A DNA stretch of 63,961 nucleotides, the filler included, from Reticulomyxa filosa (taxonomy: Eukaryota; Protista; Foraminifera): assembly GCA_000512085.1 (NCBI GenBank). It is 17 parts of 17 records of this genome, joined end to end, with 100 filler letters (N's around TTAATTAATTAA, not from the genome) between each part and the next. Parts side by side here need not be neighbours in the genome. Positions count along the whole stretch, not along the records: positions 24,343 to 31,524 come from ASPP01011570.1; positions 31,625 to 32,829 come from ASPP01021170.1; positions 32,930 to 34,210 come from ASPP01047021.1; positions 34,311 to 35,929 come from ASPP01002716.1; positions 36,030 to 38,035 come from ASPP01011761.1; 12 more parts are not named here. One strand, given 5' to 3'. The translations under genes and the position numbers were made by a program. The notes under the pieces are model-generated. The model was given only the letters and a program-made list of their open reading frames with translations, had not been told where the DNA came from and did not search any database. This document shows positions 24,343 to 38,035 of the stretch, piece by piece. Position 1 is the first letter of the stretch. Each line of letters opens with the position of its first letter.

Positions 24343-26563
24343 GAGGTATTGGTAGGCACATTAAGTGATGTACGCACTGTCAAAAAATATCCAAACAAAA
24401 AAATAGAAAGCAGCACTTTGCGAACCAGCAAGAAATTCCAAGAATTTACAGGCAACTGAGCAAATAGAATTTGAATTGGAAAGCCGAAAGGCAATAGAAG
24501 CCTTGGAACATGTCGTTGAGGAACAAGTTCAGTTACAAACAAAAAAAAAAACTTTTTTTTTTTCCTCCCCCCCCCTTCTTACAGGTACATGAACTTTTTT
24601 AAAAAAAAATTTGAACGTTGCAAAGGATAAACATGTGTCAAACAACAACAGAAAGAAAAAATCGAAGAGCTTCAAATGTGGAAAGAATCAGTGGGCATGC
24701 CCGCACTGGAAAAGGCATCGCGCCTGGAGGTGTTACTGCGAATGGCCCAAGAGGAAACAGCCGCTATGGAGCGAGAACTGGCCGATTCTTTGCATCAAGT
24801 TGAGAGATATTTGTACGTATACAACAGAAGAGAAAAAAAAAAGGGGGGGGGAAAAAGAACAAGTTTAGGGAGGATTCGGCATTTAATTAAAAAAAAAATT
24901 TGTATTTAAAAAAAAAAAAAAAGTCTTCAATGTTAGGGGAAGAGATAGCAATGGCAAATGAAAATGTAACCGGTGTGAATGACATGTTTGACGAAAATGT
25001 GCGATTGATAGACGAAATGGTGTTGTTACGGAAGCAGTCAGTGGCAGACGAGTCGGAATTAGCGAAAGAGATTCAGCGCAACAAGCAATTGGAATTTGAA
25101 GTGACACAGTTGCATCAAATCAACGATAAGCACAAAGAGCAATTTTCAAAGTTGCAAGAGCGCCTGCAGTTGCTGGCCAATGCAAACAAAGAAACAAAAG
25201 AAGAAAACCAACATCTGAAACAACAGGTTCGTTTATTATTTATGCAGCTGCGCACATGTGTAGTGCGGACACATATACACGTTTTTATATGCACAAACAT
25301 CAAAATTCATTTCCGCCCCTCCCTTTGCAAAACTTTTTTTTACGATAAAAAAAATAAATAAAAAAAATAAATAAAAATAAAATTACGCAAAAAAAAAAAA
25401 AAAAAAAGTATGAGGATATGCTTCGAAAACAAGCCGAATTAATTGCCAAGTTTGAAATGAACCAACATGACAATAACGTACCGCAATCAATCGAATCAGT
25501 TATTGCCAAAGATACACATCTGGATTTGAATACCGCGATCGGATAAAATTAATAATAATAAACACAAATACAAATAGAGACAAGAGACTATCAAAATGTT
25601 TCGCGATTTTACTACTCGTATGAATCAGTCTAGAAACACGGTAAGAAATAAAAAGTCCAGTATTTCAAATGACTTTGGCAAAGAATTTGGAAAAGCTGTT
25701 AAGAACATTAAACAAAAGAATGTCAATATATATGTACATATATACACATGTTTTTTATGATTGTTATTGTTACCTATATATTCCATACCTCTAAAAAAAA
25801 AAAAAAACCAATTAATGAAAAAGATAGATTTTTGATGATATTAATGATCTAGAGGAAAATAAAAATGGATTTGTTCGAATGTATTCAGGTGTCACTATTT
25901 TTTTTTTTTTGTTTAAGAATAATAATGATAACAATTCCTAAAAATAAAAAAACTATATATAATTGCTTTCATTACAAAATGGCATATACACTTGGATAAA
26001 TAGAAGAAGAGAGAGCACAAACGAATCATGAACTCTTGGCAAGTGCATTAACGGCAACCATTCGAGCGGATGAAATAATGGCAAATCGGTTGGAATTGGA
26101 ACTCAGAGACAAAATTACAACGGAGGTGCAACAAAGAGTTCGAGAAGAACTCACTTTACAATTTCAGGCTGAATTTGAAATCAAAGAAAAAGAAATCAAT
26201 TCTCGTTTTCGATTGGAATGCATGCAAATACAGTCCAAACTCAAAAAAGAGATAGACCAGCTTCGATATACTCATATGGAAACTATCAATGATTTAAAGT
26301 CCAAACACACACAACAAATCATTCAACTCAAGCAACAACGAGTTTTGCTTTTTTTTTTTTTTGGCAAAGGGGTATAGTTCAACTTTTGAGCAACAAAACG
26401 ATTTGCTTTTTTGTTCTTGTTCTTGTTTTAGAATCAAACAAGTCCTTCCGCAAAAGTCGAAGAGAAAGAAGCTGAGAATAAAAAAAAGCCATCTAGGAAA
26501 GCCCGGGCTTATGATATAGAAGAAGCTGCTGCTTGTGTAGTGTGCAAATTTCAGATGTGGTAA
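24343..26563 (+). CDS. Multi-exon coiled-coil protein, 5'-truncated
   Basis: E/K/Q-rich heptad exons at about 24660-24810, 24940-25226 and 26005-26340. Last exon ends 'EAAACVVCKFQMW*'. Confidence 0.6.
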
Positions 26564-27036
26564 TTTATTTGTTTGTTTTGTTTTGACTGATTTGATTTCT
26601 TAATTTTGTTTTTTATCTTTTTTTTGTTGTTTGTTCTTGTTCTTTTGTACACAATTATTATAATTTCAGTTTGTTTTTGTTTAGACAGTACTTTTGTCAG
26701 TATTAAAATTTGGATTTGATTGGTATTTGACTATTCTCTTGTTTTAATAACTTTCAATAAATAATTTTCATCTTTATCTAGTCCCTACCTCACCGGGCGT
26801 TACAAGACATTTTTTGCTCAAATAAAACTTGAAAAGTGTATCCGCTAAATGAATGCTTTTTTTTGAGCTCCAGTGATATGTTTGATATGTGCTTGTTTAG
26901 AATCAAGAAGAACTGTGTATCCAAAATATATGTTTACGTTTTCCTATTTCTTGTCCGAAGGCGCAATTTTACAAAAATAATGGAAAAAAAAAAAAAACAA
27001 CGATCAAAGCCTGCAACTCTATGAAGGTTACAGTTT

Positions 27037-27996
27037 TCAAATTAAGGTCATAACACCATCAACCATAGACACAACTGATTGAAAAATTTGTTTCGGTGTC
27101 CCTTCGTACATGTAGGCAGGGGCAGTAACGACTTTGTTAGTTTGGTCAATGTGTGCCAAGTTGAAAGCTTTGACAACATGTTTAGCGCCCATTTTCGGAA
27201 TTTGAGCAGCAGTTTCGGCATAAGGCCAGAGACCATCACGATTTTGATCACTTCCGACCGTGACATGAACCCCAGAAATGAGACGAGCGGCAAGAACTGG
27301 AGCAATACAACAAAATCCTAAAGGTTTGGACAATTGATGAAACTCTTTAACTACACGTTCGACCTGAGGATGAACACGACAATTTGCGCCATCAACGGCA
27401 AACGAAGAAAGGTTTTTCGCTGCGCCAAAGCCTCCAGGGAATATGATTGCATCATAATCTTTGCCTTTCAATTCCTCTACACTTTTGATTTTTCCACGAG
27501 CAATTCGCGCGCTCTCCACCATCATGTTGCGACTCTCATTCACTTTTTGTCCGTTTGCATGATTTATCACCTCTTTCTGGTTTTCATTAGGAGCTAACAA
27601 AAACATAAATAAATAAAAAAAAGGGGGGGGGAGAACATATACACACTGACGATTGATACCATTTTTTTTTAAAAAAAAACAAACTATTATATGGTAACAT
27701 TGCAAAAGACACATACCGAAGACTTGGTAATCTGCTCGTCCACTCAGTGCTATTAATGTGCTCACTGCTTCTGTTATTTCTGATCCGTCATCTAAATTTT
27801 TTAAATAATCCCTGATTCAATTGTTGTTTGTTCTTATGATAACAAAAGTGACTACTCGTTTTTGGCCTTAACATACTCCACAGCCACTCAACACTACCGC
27901 TACTTTTGGCAACTTTGGGTCGTTGCTAAAGTTTAATCGCAACTGAGTCACTGGGCAGAATGTTCGGTAGCTTTGTCCAAGTACTCTCAAACGCAT
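27037..27996 (-). CDS. ES1/ElbB/GATD3-like DJ-1/PfpI-superfamily protein with a putative mitochondrial presequence (3 exons)
   Basis: Spliced reading: MRLRVLGQSYR...KVAVVLSGCGVYDGSEITEAV...FAPN...ESRNMMVESARIARG...FPGGFGAAKNLS...KPLGFCCIAP...VVTAPAYM. Confidence 0.93.
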
Positions 27997-30453
27997 TGGT
28001 CGACAAATTCTGAGTTTGTTTATTTTATTTTTTTTGCGTTGTTCAAATCTGAAGACAAAAAATAATTATTGGAATTAACCTTTGCAACATCGACATCCCT
28101 CCTATTATCGGATTTAAGACTGTATGTTAAAAAAAGCTCCTATCTCTTCAAATCAGGTCGAAATTAACACTATTACTTCAAATGAATGTATTATTAGTAG
28201 AGCACGTTGAAGTTTTTTTTATTACTTAAACTAAAAACGGACACGTTACTTTTCTTTTTTAGTAGTGTAAAACAAACGCAATAAACTGATTTCTCAAGTT
28301 GAAGAAGCATATCGTCAAAACGACACTATACTTTGGGGAAAAAAAAACAAAAATAACTTAAAATCTTCAAATATTACAATAACCCATATGTCGAAAATGA
28401 AAAATTTTTTTTATGTATTCACAAATGCGAATGATTTTTCCAGATTTTTATGTATGAATTTACTTTCTATTCGAAAATAAAAAAATTTTATATGCAAATT
28501 AATTACAGAAAGCAAAATTACTTATTTTGATTGCACTAAGATATATCAATGCTTTAAAACATTTCCAAAAGATTGATGAAAAAAGATTTAAACTTTACAA
28601 GACAAATGACACCAACATTAAAAACAAAAATGAAAAAAATATGACGTTGAAATAATTACAGATACAGTCTTTTCATTTTGGACTAAATGCAAATTAGATT
28701 TAAAAACAATATTTAATATAAAGATATTTACAAAGTGCAATTTGACATTATCAAAATTATTGATATTCTTCAATAACCAAAAACAATAAGCTTTTAATAT
28801 ATATTGACAAATAATGCAAGAAATCATGAAAGATATAAATGTAGTAATATAGTACAAATATATATCATGTTATAGCTATGACAGCAATTATAAAAAGAAA
28901 AATGTACATTTAATATTATAATATTAGATGAAAAAACTGATTACATTAAGTCAAATCTAGCAAATAGATGATATAATATTAAATCAATTTATAGCTCATC
29001 AAAAGATACCCATTAATATAAATTTGATGAACAAGCAATACAACAAAAAGAAAATAGAAAATTACAATTGGTTTTGTGCAAACAACAGTAATCAACAAAA
29101 TCAGTTAAATCAACAACAAAAATTACAAAATACATTTCAAAGATTAAAGTAAAACATATATAATTTTATTCCTTTGAAAAAAGAAACTAAACATATTTTA
29201 GAAATAGAAATAACATATAATCGAAAAAAAGTTACAAAAAATTATTGTAAAAACGAAACGGAAAGTGAACAATTTCAAACATAGTGAACCAAACTATTTC
29301 AAATAAATTAAAAACAGCAAATATTACGACATGATAAATTAATTTTCTTTTGTTGTAAATAGTTTAGCCATTATATATTTTTTTGTGTTATCCTTTTTTG
29401 GATAAGGTGTGCAAACTTAACTTACAAAATTTCTAAAACATAATAACTTTCGTTTTTGAAATAATTTTTGAAATTTTTTTATTTTAAAATCAGAATTTAA
29501 AAATTGATTAGCTTTATTAGCTTCTTGTTTAAAATATCGTTATTTGTTTGTTTGGCCAGCGAATGTTGAAAATTAGTTAAAGTGATTATTTTCTTCAGAT
29601 AAGAATTCATAAACTTTACTTTCGATTTTTTTTTTGTTATTTGTGGCGTAGTGTGCCACGCAATGTCGCAAATTTTAGTAACATTTCTTTGATTTTAATT
29701 AAAGTGATTATACAAAAAAAATATCTTTTTTGAACAAAATAATTGCTCAGTGCTATTTTTGATTTTATTATATTTCAATTTAACATAGAATGATGGCATT
29801 ATAGTGCTTCTAGGAAATGAAACAATGTGTTTTTATACGTGTTGAACATAAGTGACAAATTACAAAACTTGCCGATAAATGAAAATATAAAATCGATTTT
29901 TTGCTTTTTTTATTAGTCTTTGGTATGATGGTTGTATGCTGTCAATGTTATCATTTTTAAAAAAACAGTACGTAAAACTTATTTATATCTTTATGTAACA
30001 AAGTGCGAATGAAAATAGAAAAAAAAAGAACTGATGGAAAAACAAAGCAAGATTGGTTTGATGGGGCTTCAATTATAAATGTTATTACCTTATCGAAGAA
30101 ATTAAGCACTGAGGAGAGAAAAAGGAAGCAATGGTATAAAGTGAACAGAAAAATTAGAACCGAGGATTGTAAAATGACTAAAATGAAAATGGAAATTGGA
30201 ACATGGGACAAACAATAAAAGGAGCAAAATTAAACAAGACAAGACGAATCAAAACAATTGAAAACATCATCTGTTTACCACTTTCTTTGGATAGCATGCA
30301 CATACTACTAAACAGAGTAAAAATCGGAAAAAAAAAACAAACCCCCCCAAAAAAAAACGAATTTTTTTGAGGGTAAAATCCCTCCCCCCCCTCTCTATCC
30401 CTTTCTGAAACACAAAAAAATTTCAAACAATAATCGGAAAAAAAAATAAAAAA

Positions 30454-31460
30454 TCAAAGGGGTGGGATTATAGCATGTAATTGTGTTTGAAAAAACTCAG
30501 TTTTTCGAAACCTCATTAGCGAATCATCCAACAAATCAAAAAGTTCAGACAAAATGCGTGTCAAAACAAGTATGGTTTCGTGAACGAAAATAGAGTTGTT
30601 GTGTTGCAAATTAGTCAGTTTTTGTGTCATTTGTAGTACTTGTCGTGCTTGTTCAAAAAGGTTGTGGGACACATTCAACTCGTATTCGGCCTCTCCTCGT
30701 TGCAAGAACTTGTAAAACAATAACACATATTTCATTTTCAAAACCTGCACCCATTGGTCTTCTTTTTTCAAGGAAAAGCTATGTCGAATCGCGCGATAAT
30801 ACTTGGCATAATTGGCGTCCATGAAATGGATCGAATTGATCGTGGATTGCGGGATTTTATGTGACAATTGGATGTATCCAATCTTATTATTCCATATCGT
30901 TTTGATCAACGACACATTTACATACATATTCAATTCGTTGTTCTTTTCGACTTTTTTCTCGTTTTCTTCTTTTTTTTCTTCTTCCTCCTCCCAAACATAC
31001 GCAAAGTGTTGTCGACACCAAGTATACAATTGAATCAATTCTATAAAAGCTAACATAATCCCCCCCCCCAAAAAAAAAAAACAACGTACATACATACAAC
31101 AACCAAAAAAAAAAAAAAAAAACAAAGTAGTTTTTTTATTTCGATCCGCTTCTTGATTCTCCCTTTTGCAATAAAAAAAAAAAAAGAAAGAGACAATGTA
31201 CCAATTCCGTTTTCCATTGCAAATTCAACATTTAAATGCTTGTAAAAGGCGGTAACAGCATCTAAGTTCCCATATATTAAGTGGAACAACTCCACCGCAG
31301 GCATTTTGATTAATATTTGAGTGTTTTTATATGCCACGGTGTTTTTGTCTATTTCGACCATTGTGCGGCGCAAGACATTTTCGGTATCTCGTAAGTCAAT
31401 CCGCTCTTGATTCATTTTGTGCAACACAAAATAGCAATGTACGAATCCCATTCCTTTTTT
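30454..31460 (-). CDS. RGS-domain protein, C-terminal part, preceded by a possible transmembrane end
   Basis: 'AFYKHLNVEFAMEN|MLAFIEL', 'FYKFLQRGEAEYELNVSH' and 'LFDLLDDSLMRFRKTEFF' match RGS F...L..EFS.EN, E(V/L)N(I/V)S and DS..RF..S. Confidence 0.8.
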
Positions 31461-31481
31461 TTTTTTTTTTTTTTAATTGCA

Positions 31482-31518
<37 letters not shown>

Positions 31519-31624
31519 TAACAANNNNNNNNNNNNNNNNNNNNNNNNNNNNNNNNNNNNNNNNNNNNTTAATTAATTAANNNNNNNNNNNNNNNNNNNN
31601 NNNNNNNNNNNNNNNNNNNNNNNN

Positions 31625-32159
31625 AGAAAGAGAAAGAGAAAAAGAGAATGAAAAAGAAAAAGAAAGAAGAAATTCAGCACAACAAGCGAGTGCAATGAAA
31701 CTGAGGAGAAGCAGTCCACCTATAGCAGTACAACCTACTTATCGCTTAGCAGAAGACAAGGAGAAGGGCAAAGTGGAGTCTGATTTCCACAAACCCTCCG
31801 CATCGAAGCCGATGTCAGCCAAGCGACATCCAAACCGGTCATTACCAAAAAAAAAGGAGGAAAAAGAGGAAGATGATGAAAACGAGCAACCACGACAACG
31901 ACAAGACGAAGAAGAAGCGGAGGAGGAAGAAGAAGAAGAAGAAGAAGAAGAAGTGGAGTATGTCCGCCATGGCAATGGTAATCGAAGCGAAGTGGAAACC
32001 GAAACAAAAACAAAAACGGAAATGAAAGTAAAGATCGAACGACAAGAACGGAGAGAGACGAAAACAGAGCAATATAGCCAAACGAAACAAACAAAAGTGA
32101 AGCAAAAAGCGGAAACCAATCTCAAAAATACCAATAAAAAACAAGCAAAAAAAGCTCAA

Positions 32160-32195
<36 letters not shown>

Positions 32196-32829
32196 AATGA
32201 AATAAATGGGAAGAAACCAAAAGAAAAACAAAAATCAGTACGCATATCAAAAGAGCGTGTCGAAGAGACAGCGGAAAGATATGAGCGAAAACGCAAGAAG
32301 CAGAAAGAAGATAAGTCGTCGTTTGTGCAAAAGAGCGTTGAGATCAATCGCTATGAGCAACAGCAGCACCGCCATCATCATCATCGACAGCACTACCAAC
32401 ACATACCCAAAAAGGGTCGACACACTCCTCCAACGGGAACCTCACGATCGCAAGCGCAAAGTCGACGCAGCAGTATTGCAGACGATGAAGAAGAGGAGGA
32501 AGAAGAAGAAGAAGAAGAAGATGATGATAATGATAATGATAATGATAATGATAATGATGATGATGGAGAAGAAGATGACAATGACAATGATAATGATGAA
32601 GAAGATGAAGATGAAGATGACGATGAAGATCGACGATTGATGGATGACACACGAAGTGAGTATAGTGCTCGAAGTGAGATGTCGCTATCCAGCAGTGAGA
32701 ACTCGAGGATGACATATATGAGTTCCCCCAATCACAATCGCACCAGCACTGCCAGCAATGGACTCATACCCAAACACCAACGCAATACCTCTCCTCATTT
32801 GACTGAGCCAAGAGGAGGAGGAGGAGGAG
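31625..32829 (+). CDS. Low-complexity (E/D/K/N/H-rich) internal coding fragment
   Basis: Long open frame of trinucleotide-repeat tracts running to the contig end. Confidence 0.55.
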
Positions 32830-32989
32830 NNNNNNNNNNNNNNNNNNNNNNNNNNNNNNNNNNNNNNNNNNNNTTAATTAATTAANNNNNNNNNNNNNNN
32901 NNNNNNNNNNNNNNNNNNNNNNNNNNNNNAAAAAAAAAAAAAAAAAAGTATGTGCATGTATAACATAATATATATATCTATATACAACT

Positions 32990-33103
32990 AGAAAAAAAAT
33001 TGGAGAGATCGAGCCTACAGATGCAGTGAAAAAAAAAGTAGAAGAGACAGTTCAAACTCTGGATTGGTTTCGTGATCCTTCCAAAGAAGGTTTTATTAGT
33101 GAG

Positions 33104-33139
<36 letters not shown>

Positions 33140-34210
33140 TCAATTAACATCGGAATGTGTGTGTGTATGTGCGTGTGTTTTGTGTGCTTATGCAGAGAAG
33201 ATGGATTGGGAAAAATGGAAAGATGCAGACATACCCACGTTGGCTAATCGCTATGTCCAGTGCTGGTGCAACAACTCGCGAGATAGCGAAAGCACAAACA
33301 AACTGAGATGGCTGAAAGTACGTATCACATTGCAAGTGACCAAACATGTAATCAATGAATGCATTTTTCAAAAGTGCCAAGTGCCATTGAAGTTTATTGA
33401 ACAGGTGGTTATCAGTCTCGTCGAAATCGATCCCATGTTATCATCCACTACCGCTACCGAAAACACTCTTCAAGCCACAAAGGCATTGAAAGAATTCATT
33501 AAGCGCTTTCATGAGAAAAGCGAGGAGGACGAGGATTGGGACACCTTGCAATCCGAATTGAAACAAATCGAAGACGTCTCACTATCAAGAGAGCCAGATC
33601 CATTCATCAACCTTTATTATATTGTGTCGCATCAAAACACCAAGAGTCTGCGCATCTATCTCTATTGTCCACAGCACACCGACTACAAACAAAGACGTAT
33701 TCGTTCCATCTTTTTTCCAAGCACTCCCGAAGGTTATTCGAAATTCCCTCCTATCTTATATAACATATATGTACATATACATGTATGTAGTTTCAATAAA
33801 AAAATGGAGTCATACAAAAAAAACAAAAAATTACTCAGAAAACCGCTTTCTATTGCGATTAGTAAAAGCAGACATCCCTTGGCTATATTGGGGCGATTTC
33901 CAAGTGTCTGCGAGCAACAATTCATTTTGCAGGGTCTATTCTCGCACAGAAAAAAAGACAGAAGCGGACATCCCTCTCTCCACCAAGGCTTTCATCATTG
34001 AAGAAAAGTCGTTTCTTTCCACATCGAAAAATTACAGCAAAATCATCGTGGATCATCTTAAAAGGGAAATCAAGGATGAAAAGTCGTTTTGCGCCGCAGT
34101 TACTATTGCCAAAGATTTGAAATCACTCCAATTGGAGTTGGCGGGCATTAGAACGATATTCGACGCAGTTGCGCCACATTTGAATCATCTCGACTCAGTA
34201 ACAATGCAAC
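32990..34210 (+). CDS. Hypothetical protein, internal multi-exon fragment
   Basis: Coding-like blocks at about 32992-33089, 33196-33732 and 33839-34210, separated by GT..AG introns. Confidence 0.55.
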
Positions 34211-36029
34211 NNNNNNNNNNNNNNNNNNNNNNNNNNNNNNNNNNNNNNNNNNNNTTAATTAATTAANNNNNNNNNNNNNNNNNNNNNNNNNNNNNNNNNN
34301 NNNNNNNNNNTCAATAATGTTTACAATCAGCTAGCAAACTAGTAGATCAGTATGTAAAAGTCAGCATCATTGTTGGCATCGAAGATATTCTTTTATATTC
34401 AAATCTCCAATGAAATCTTGAAGCATTGCAGTGTTGAAAAAATCTGTCCTTCCTATTACCTTCAAACAAATTATATAACTACGCTATTTATGTAACAGAC
34501 GTTAAGATTTGTTTAAATTTCAATACTCGGTTTGAAAAGATATTTATTTAATCATTGCATTTTGAATTTTCTCATAACAATCAAATTAATTGAATTGAAT
34601 AATTTAGTTTATCATCTAAATTATTCAATATCTAAATGTTCTTAAATATTAATTTTTAATGAAAATGTTTTGTTTACATTTGTAAGTTTGAGTAGAATAT
34701 GCAAAGAAGCTAAGTTAACATAGACACGTTAATTTTTTTTCCATAAGATGTATCTTTGCGATACTCGAACTATTTTGTTATTTTAATCTATTGCGCTTTT
34801 GAAATTTGTAAAAACATTGGATGCATTTTGTTTTTCTGACTTTTTTTCCCAACAATTTTAAATAAAGTGAAGTGGACAAAACCTTCAAACTTTGAAAGGA
34901 ATTTCAATTATCCATATCATTAGGATTGATGAATATAGTTGTTTAACATTTTAAATGGGTATTTTAAAAATCTTACCTTGAAAAATTGTAGGACTATTTT
35001 TATTATCAAAAATAGATTTTACATTGCAATTACGATCAGACAAAAGTTAATGTTTTTTTGAACTGTATTGAATATGATAATATTATTATGTGTTTAAGTA
35101 AATATTTCGTTTTCATTTGTTAGTGTAGAAATTTAAAAGCAATTTTTTCATAAACACTAAATAAAAAAATTATTATTGTTCTTTGTTGACAAATGAACAT
35201 TAATCATAAATCACTCTTGATAACATATGAACAACAACAAGTTTTTTGGTTTAAACGATATTTCATAAATGTTTTGTTTTATAAAGAAAAAAAGTAATTA
35301 AATGATTTTAATTAATAACAAAATGGACAATTTTCGTCAATTTTAAGTGAATTGATAATCCTGTTGCGCAAACAAAAATAACTCAAATTGGTAATTTTAA
35401 AATGTTTATTTTTTGTCACTCTGCTAAAGCGCAATGCCTGAAAAACATAATTTTTTAAGAAAGGGACGAATGAGGTTGTACAGTAGTGCGTCTACTTGTT
35501 CATGCCAAAGTTGTAAAAATCTTCCAACTTAGAAAAGTTTCTTCTACACAAAAAAAAAAAAAAGTGAACTTCTTTAGGAAAACAGGAAAACGGTTCAAAA
35601 ACAATCCCTTTTTTTCCAGCAAGCAACATTGAAAAAATCCAATTTATTTGCGTACATCTTAACAATTAGTAAAAATTGATTTTTGATCAGTTAAATTGAT
35701 CTGCAGATTATTTCCATACTATTTTCTTTGTCCCATGAAAAAGGAACAGAACTCATTACAAACTGGTATCCAGTTTTGACACTCTTGCTGTAGCAACTCA
35801 AAAGCAATGCTTTTAAAGTTCTTCACTGTGCAAAAAAAAAAGTAACCTCTTTTTCAACAAGGAATGTTCTTTTCGAAATGTTTTCGACACGTTTTAAAAA
35901 AAGGAAAATACCGTCCAAAAAAAAAAAAANNNNNNNNNNNNNNNNNNNNNNNNNNNNNNNNNNNNNNNNNNNNTTAATTAATTAANNNNNNNNNNNNNNN
36001 NNNNNNNNNNNNNNNNNNNNNNNNNNNNN

Positions 36030-36428
36030 CACGTACTTCATCAGCTCGCGCGGCAGCGTGAACCACAGCGTGCGGTTATCGGGACTGGTCAGCACCTCGC
36101 TCACAGTCGCGGTGCAGATGATGTGGCCGGACATGCTGTGGCCGCCGATGTCGTCGCCAAAGCGGGCGGCACGCTCCACGTTCACCGCATCGCCGGCCTG
36201 CAGGCTGCCCAGATTGGTCAGGCGCAGCGTTTCGGCGATCAGGTCGAAGCTCACCACGTCGCCGTCGATGGCGGTCACGGTCAGGCAGCAGCCGTTGTGC
36301 GCCACCGAGGCGCCGATCTGCAGCCCGGGCAGCAGCGCCGCCGGCAGGCGTACCTTGTGGGTACGGAACTGGTTTTTCTCTTCCACCGCCACCACGGTGG
36401 CCATGCCTTGCACGATACCGGTAAACAT
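36030..36428 (-). CDS. ribC: Bacterial riboflavin synthase (alpha chain), 3'-truncated
   Basis: N-terminal MFTGIV motif at 36428, '[13 protein letters not shown]', '[22 protein letters not shown]'. Confidence 0.95.
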
Positions 36429-36595
36429 TCTGCGGGCTCCGCTTACATCCGAAAGCCCGATTGTACCGTGTTGCACTGCAAATACGAGGCGATACGCGGC
36501 AAAAGGTTGGCCGCAAGGGCAGACGCGGCTTCTATGGCGCGCCCTTAATGCAGTACAATCGCCTGTTTTTCCGAATCTTTACCAGACGAGCATCC
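36429..36595. promoter_or_regulatory. Divergent bacterial promoter region between ribC and prfC
   Basis: TACAAT -10-like hexamers at 36554-36559 (+) and 36460-36465 (-). Confidence 0.45.
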
Positions 36596-38035
36596 ATGTC
36601 CGCCGAACTGACCCGCATTGCCGAAGAAGTTGCCAAGCGCCGCACCTTCGCCATCATTTCCCACCCTGACGCCGGTAAGACCACCCTCACCGAAAAACTG
36701 CTGCTGTTTTCGGGCGCCATCCAGATGGCCGGCACGGTAAAGGGCAAGAAAGGCGGCAAGTTCGCCACCTCCGACTGGATGGAAATCGAGAAGCAGCGCG
36801 GCATCTCGGTAGCGTCGTCGGTGATGCAGTTCGACTACCGCGAGCACACCGTCAACCTGCTGGACACCCCGGGTCACCAGGACTTCTCGGAAGATACCTA
36901 CCGCGTGCTCACCGCCGTGGACAGCGCACTGATGGTGATCGATGCCGCCAAGGGCGTGGAAGAGCAGACCATCAAGCTGCTGAACGTATGCCGCCTGCGC
37001 GATACGCCGATCGTTACCTTCATGAACAAGTACGACCGTGAAGTGCGCGACAGCCTGGAGCTGCTGGACGAAGTGGAAAGCATCCTGAAGATCCGCTGCG
37101 CGCCGATTACCTGGCCGATCGGCATGGGCAAGACCTTCCGCGGCGTGTACAGCCTGCTGAACGACGAAGTCATCCTGTTCGAAGCCGGCAGCGAGAAGCT
37201 GGTGAGCGACATCGAAGTGATCAAGGGCATCGACAACCCGCGCCTGGACGAACTGTTCCCGCTGGAAATGGAACAGCTGCGTATGGAGATCGAATTGGTC
37301 AAGGGCGCGTCCAACGACTGGAACCTGGAAGAGTTCCTGGCCGGCGAGCTGACCCCGGTATTCTTCGGCTCCGCCATCAACAACTTCGGCGTACGCGAGA
37401 TTCTGGACGCACTGATCAACTGGGCGCCGGCACCGCAACTGCGCGATGCCACCAGCCGTGACGTGGCACCGGAAGAAGGCAAGTTCTCCGGCTTCGTGTT
37501 CAAGATCCAGGCCAATATGGACCCGAAACACCGCGACCGCATCGCCTTCCTGCGCGTGTGCTCCGGCCGTTTCGAGCGCGGCATGAAAATGAAGCACCTG
37601 CGCCTGAACCGTGACATCGCCGCTTCGTCGGTGGTGACCTTCATGTCGCACGACCGCGAGATCGTGGAAGAAGCGTTTGCTGGCGACATCATCGGCATTC
37701 CCAACCACGGCAATATCCAGATTGGCGACAGCTTCTCCGAAGGCGAAGACCTCACCTTTACCGGCATTCCGTTCTTTGCGCCGGAACTGTTCCGCAGCGT
37801 GCGCATCAAGAACCCGCTGAAGCTGAAGCAGCTGCAAAAAGGCCTGCAACAGCTGGGCGAAGAAGGCGCGGTACAGGTGTTCAAGCCGCACAGCGGCGGC
37901 GACCTGATCCTGGGTGCCGTGGGCGTGCTGCAGTTTGAAGTGGTGGCCAGCCGCCTGGCGGCCGAATACGGCGTGGACGCGGTGTTCGAATCGTGCAGCA
38001 TCTGGTCGGCACGCTGGTTCAGCTGCGACGACCGC
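36596..38035 (+). CDS. prfC: Bacterial peptide chain release factor 3, 3'-truncated
   Basis: '[23 protein letters not shown]', '[16 protein letters not shown]', '[14 protein letters not shown]', '[17 protein letters not shown]'. Confidence 0.98.

Noticed and set aside
2364-31460. A cAMP/G-protein signalling gene cluster (CNBD channel, PDE, RGS, WD40)
   Set aside because: The genes are on separate contigs, so the co-location is artificial.
31735-32731. Poly-Leu/Ser/Ile antisense and alternate-frame ORFs
   Set aside because: By-products of trinucleotide repeats in the sense ORF.
34311-35929. Gene-free AT-rich contig (similar stretches at 651-2186, 21496-22774 and 28100-30400)
   Set aside because: No ORF, repeat unit or fold I could support; possibly decayed pseudogene or intergenic DNA.
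36545-38001. Long antisense ORFs (448 and 367 aa) opposite prfC
   Set aside because: Expected shadow ORFs of GC3-biased bacterial coding sequence.
36030-38035. Horizontal transfer of ribC and prfC into the protist
   Set aside because: No host sequence on the contig, no amelioration, bacterial gene layout.
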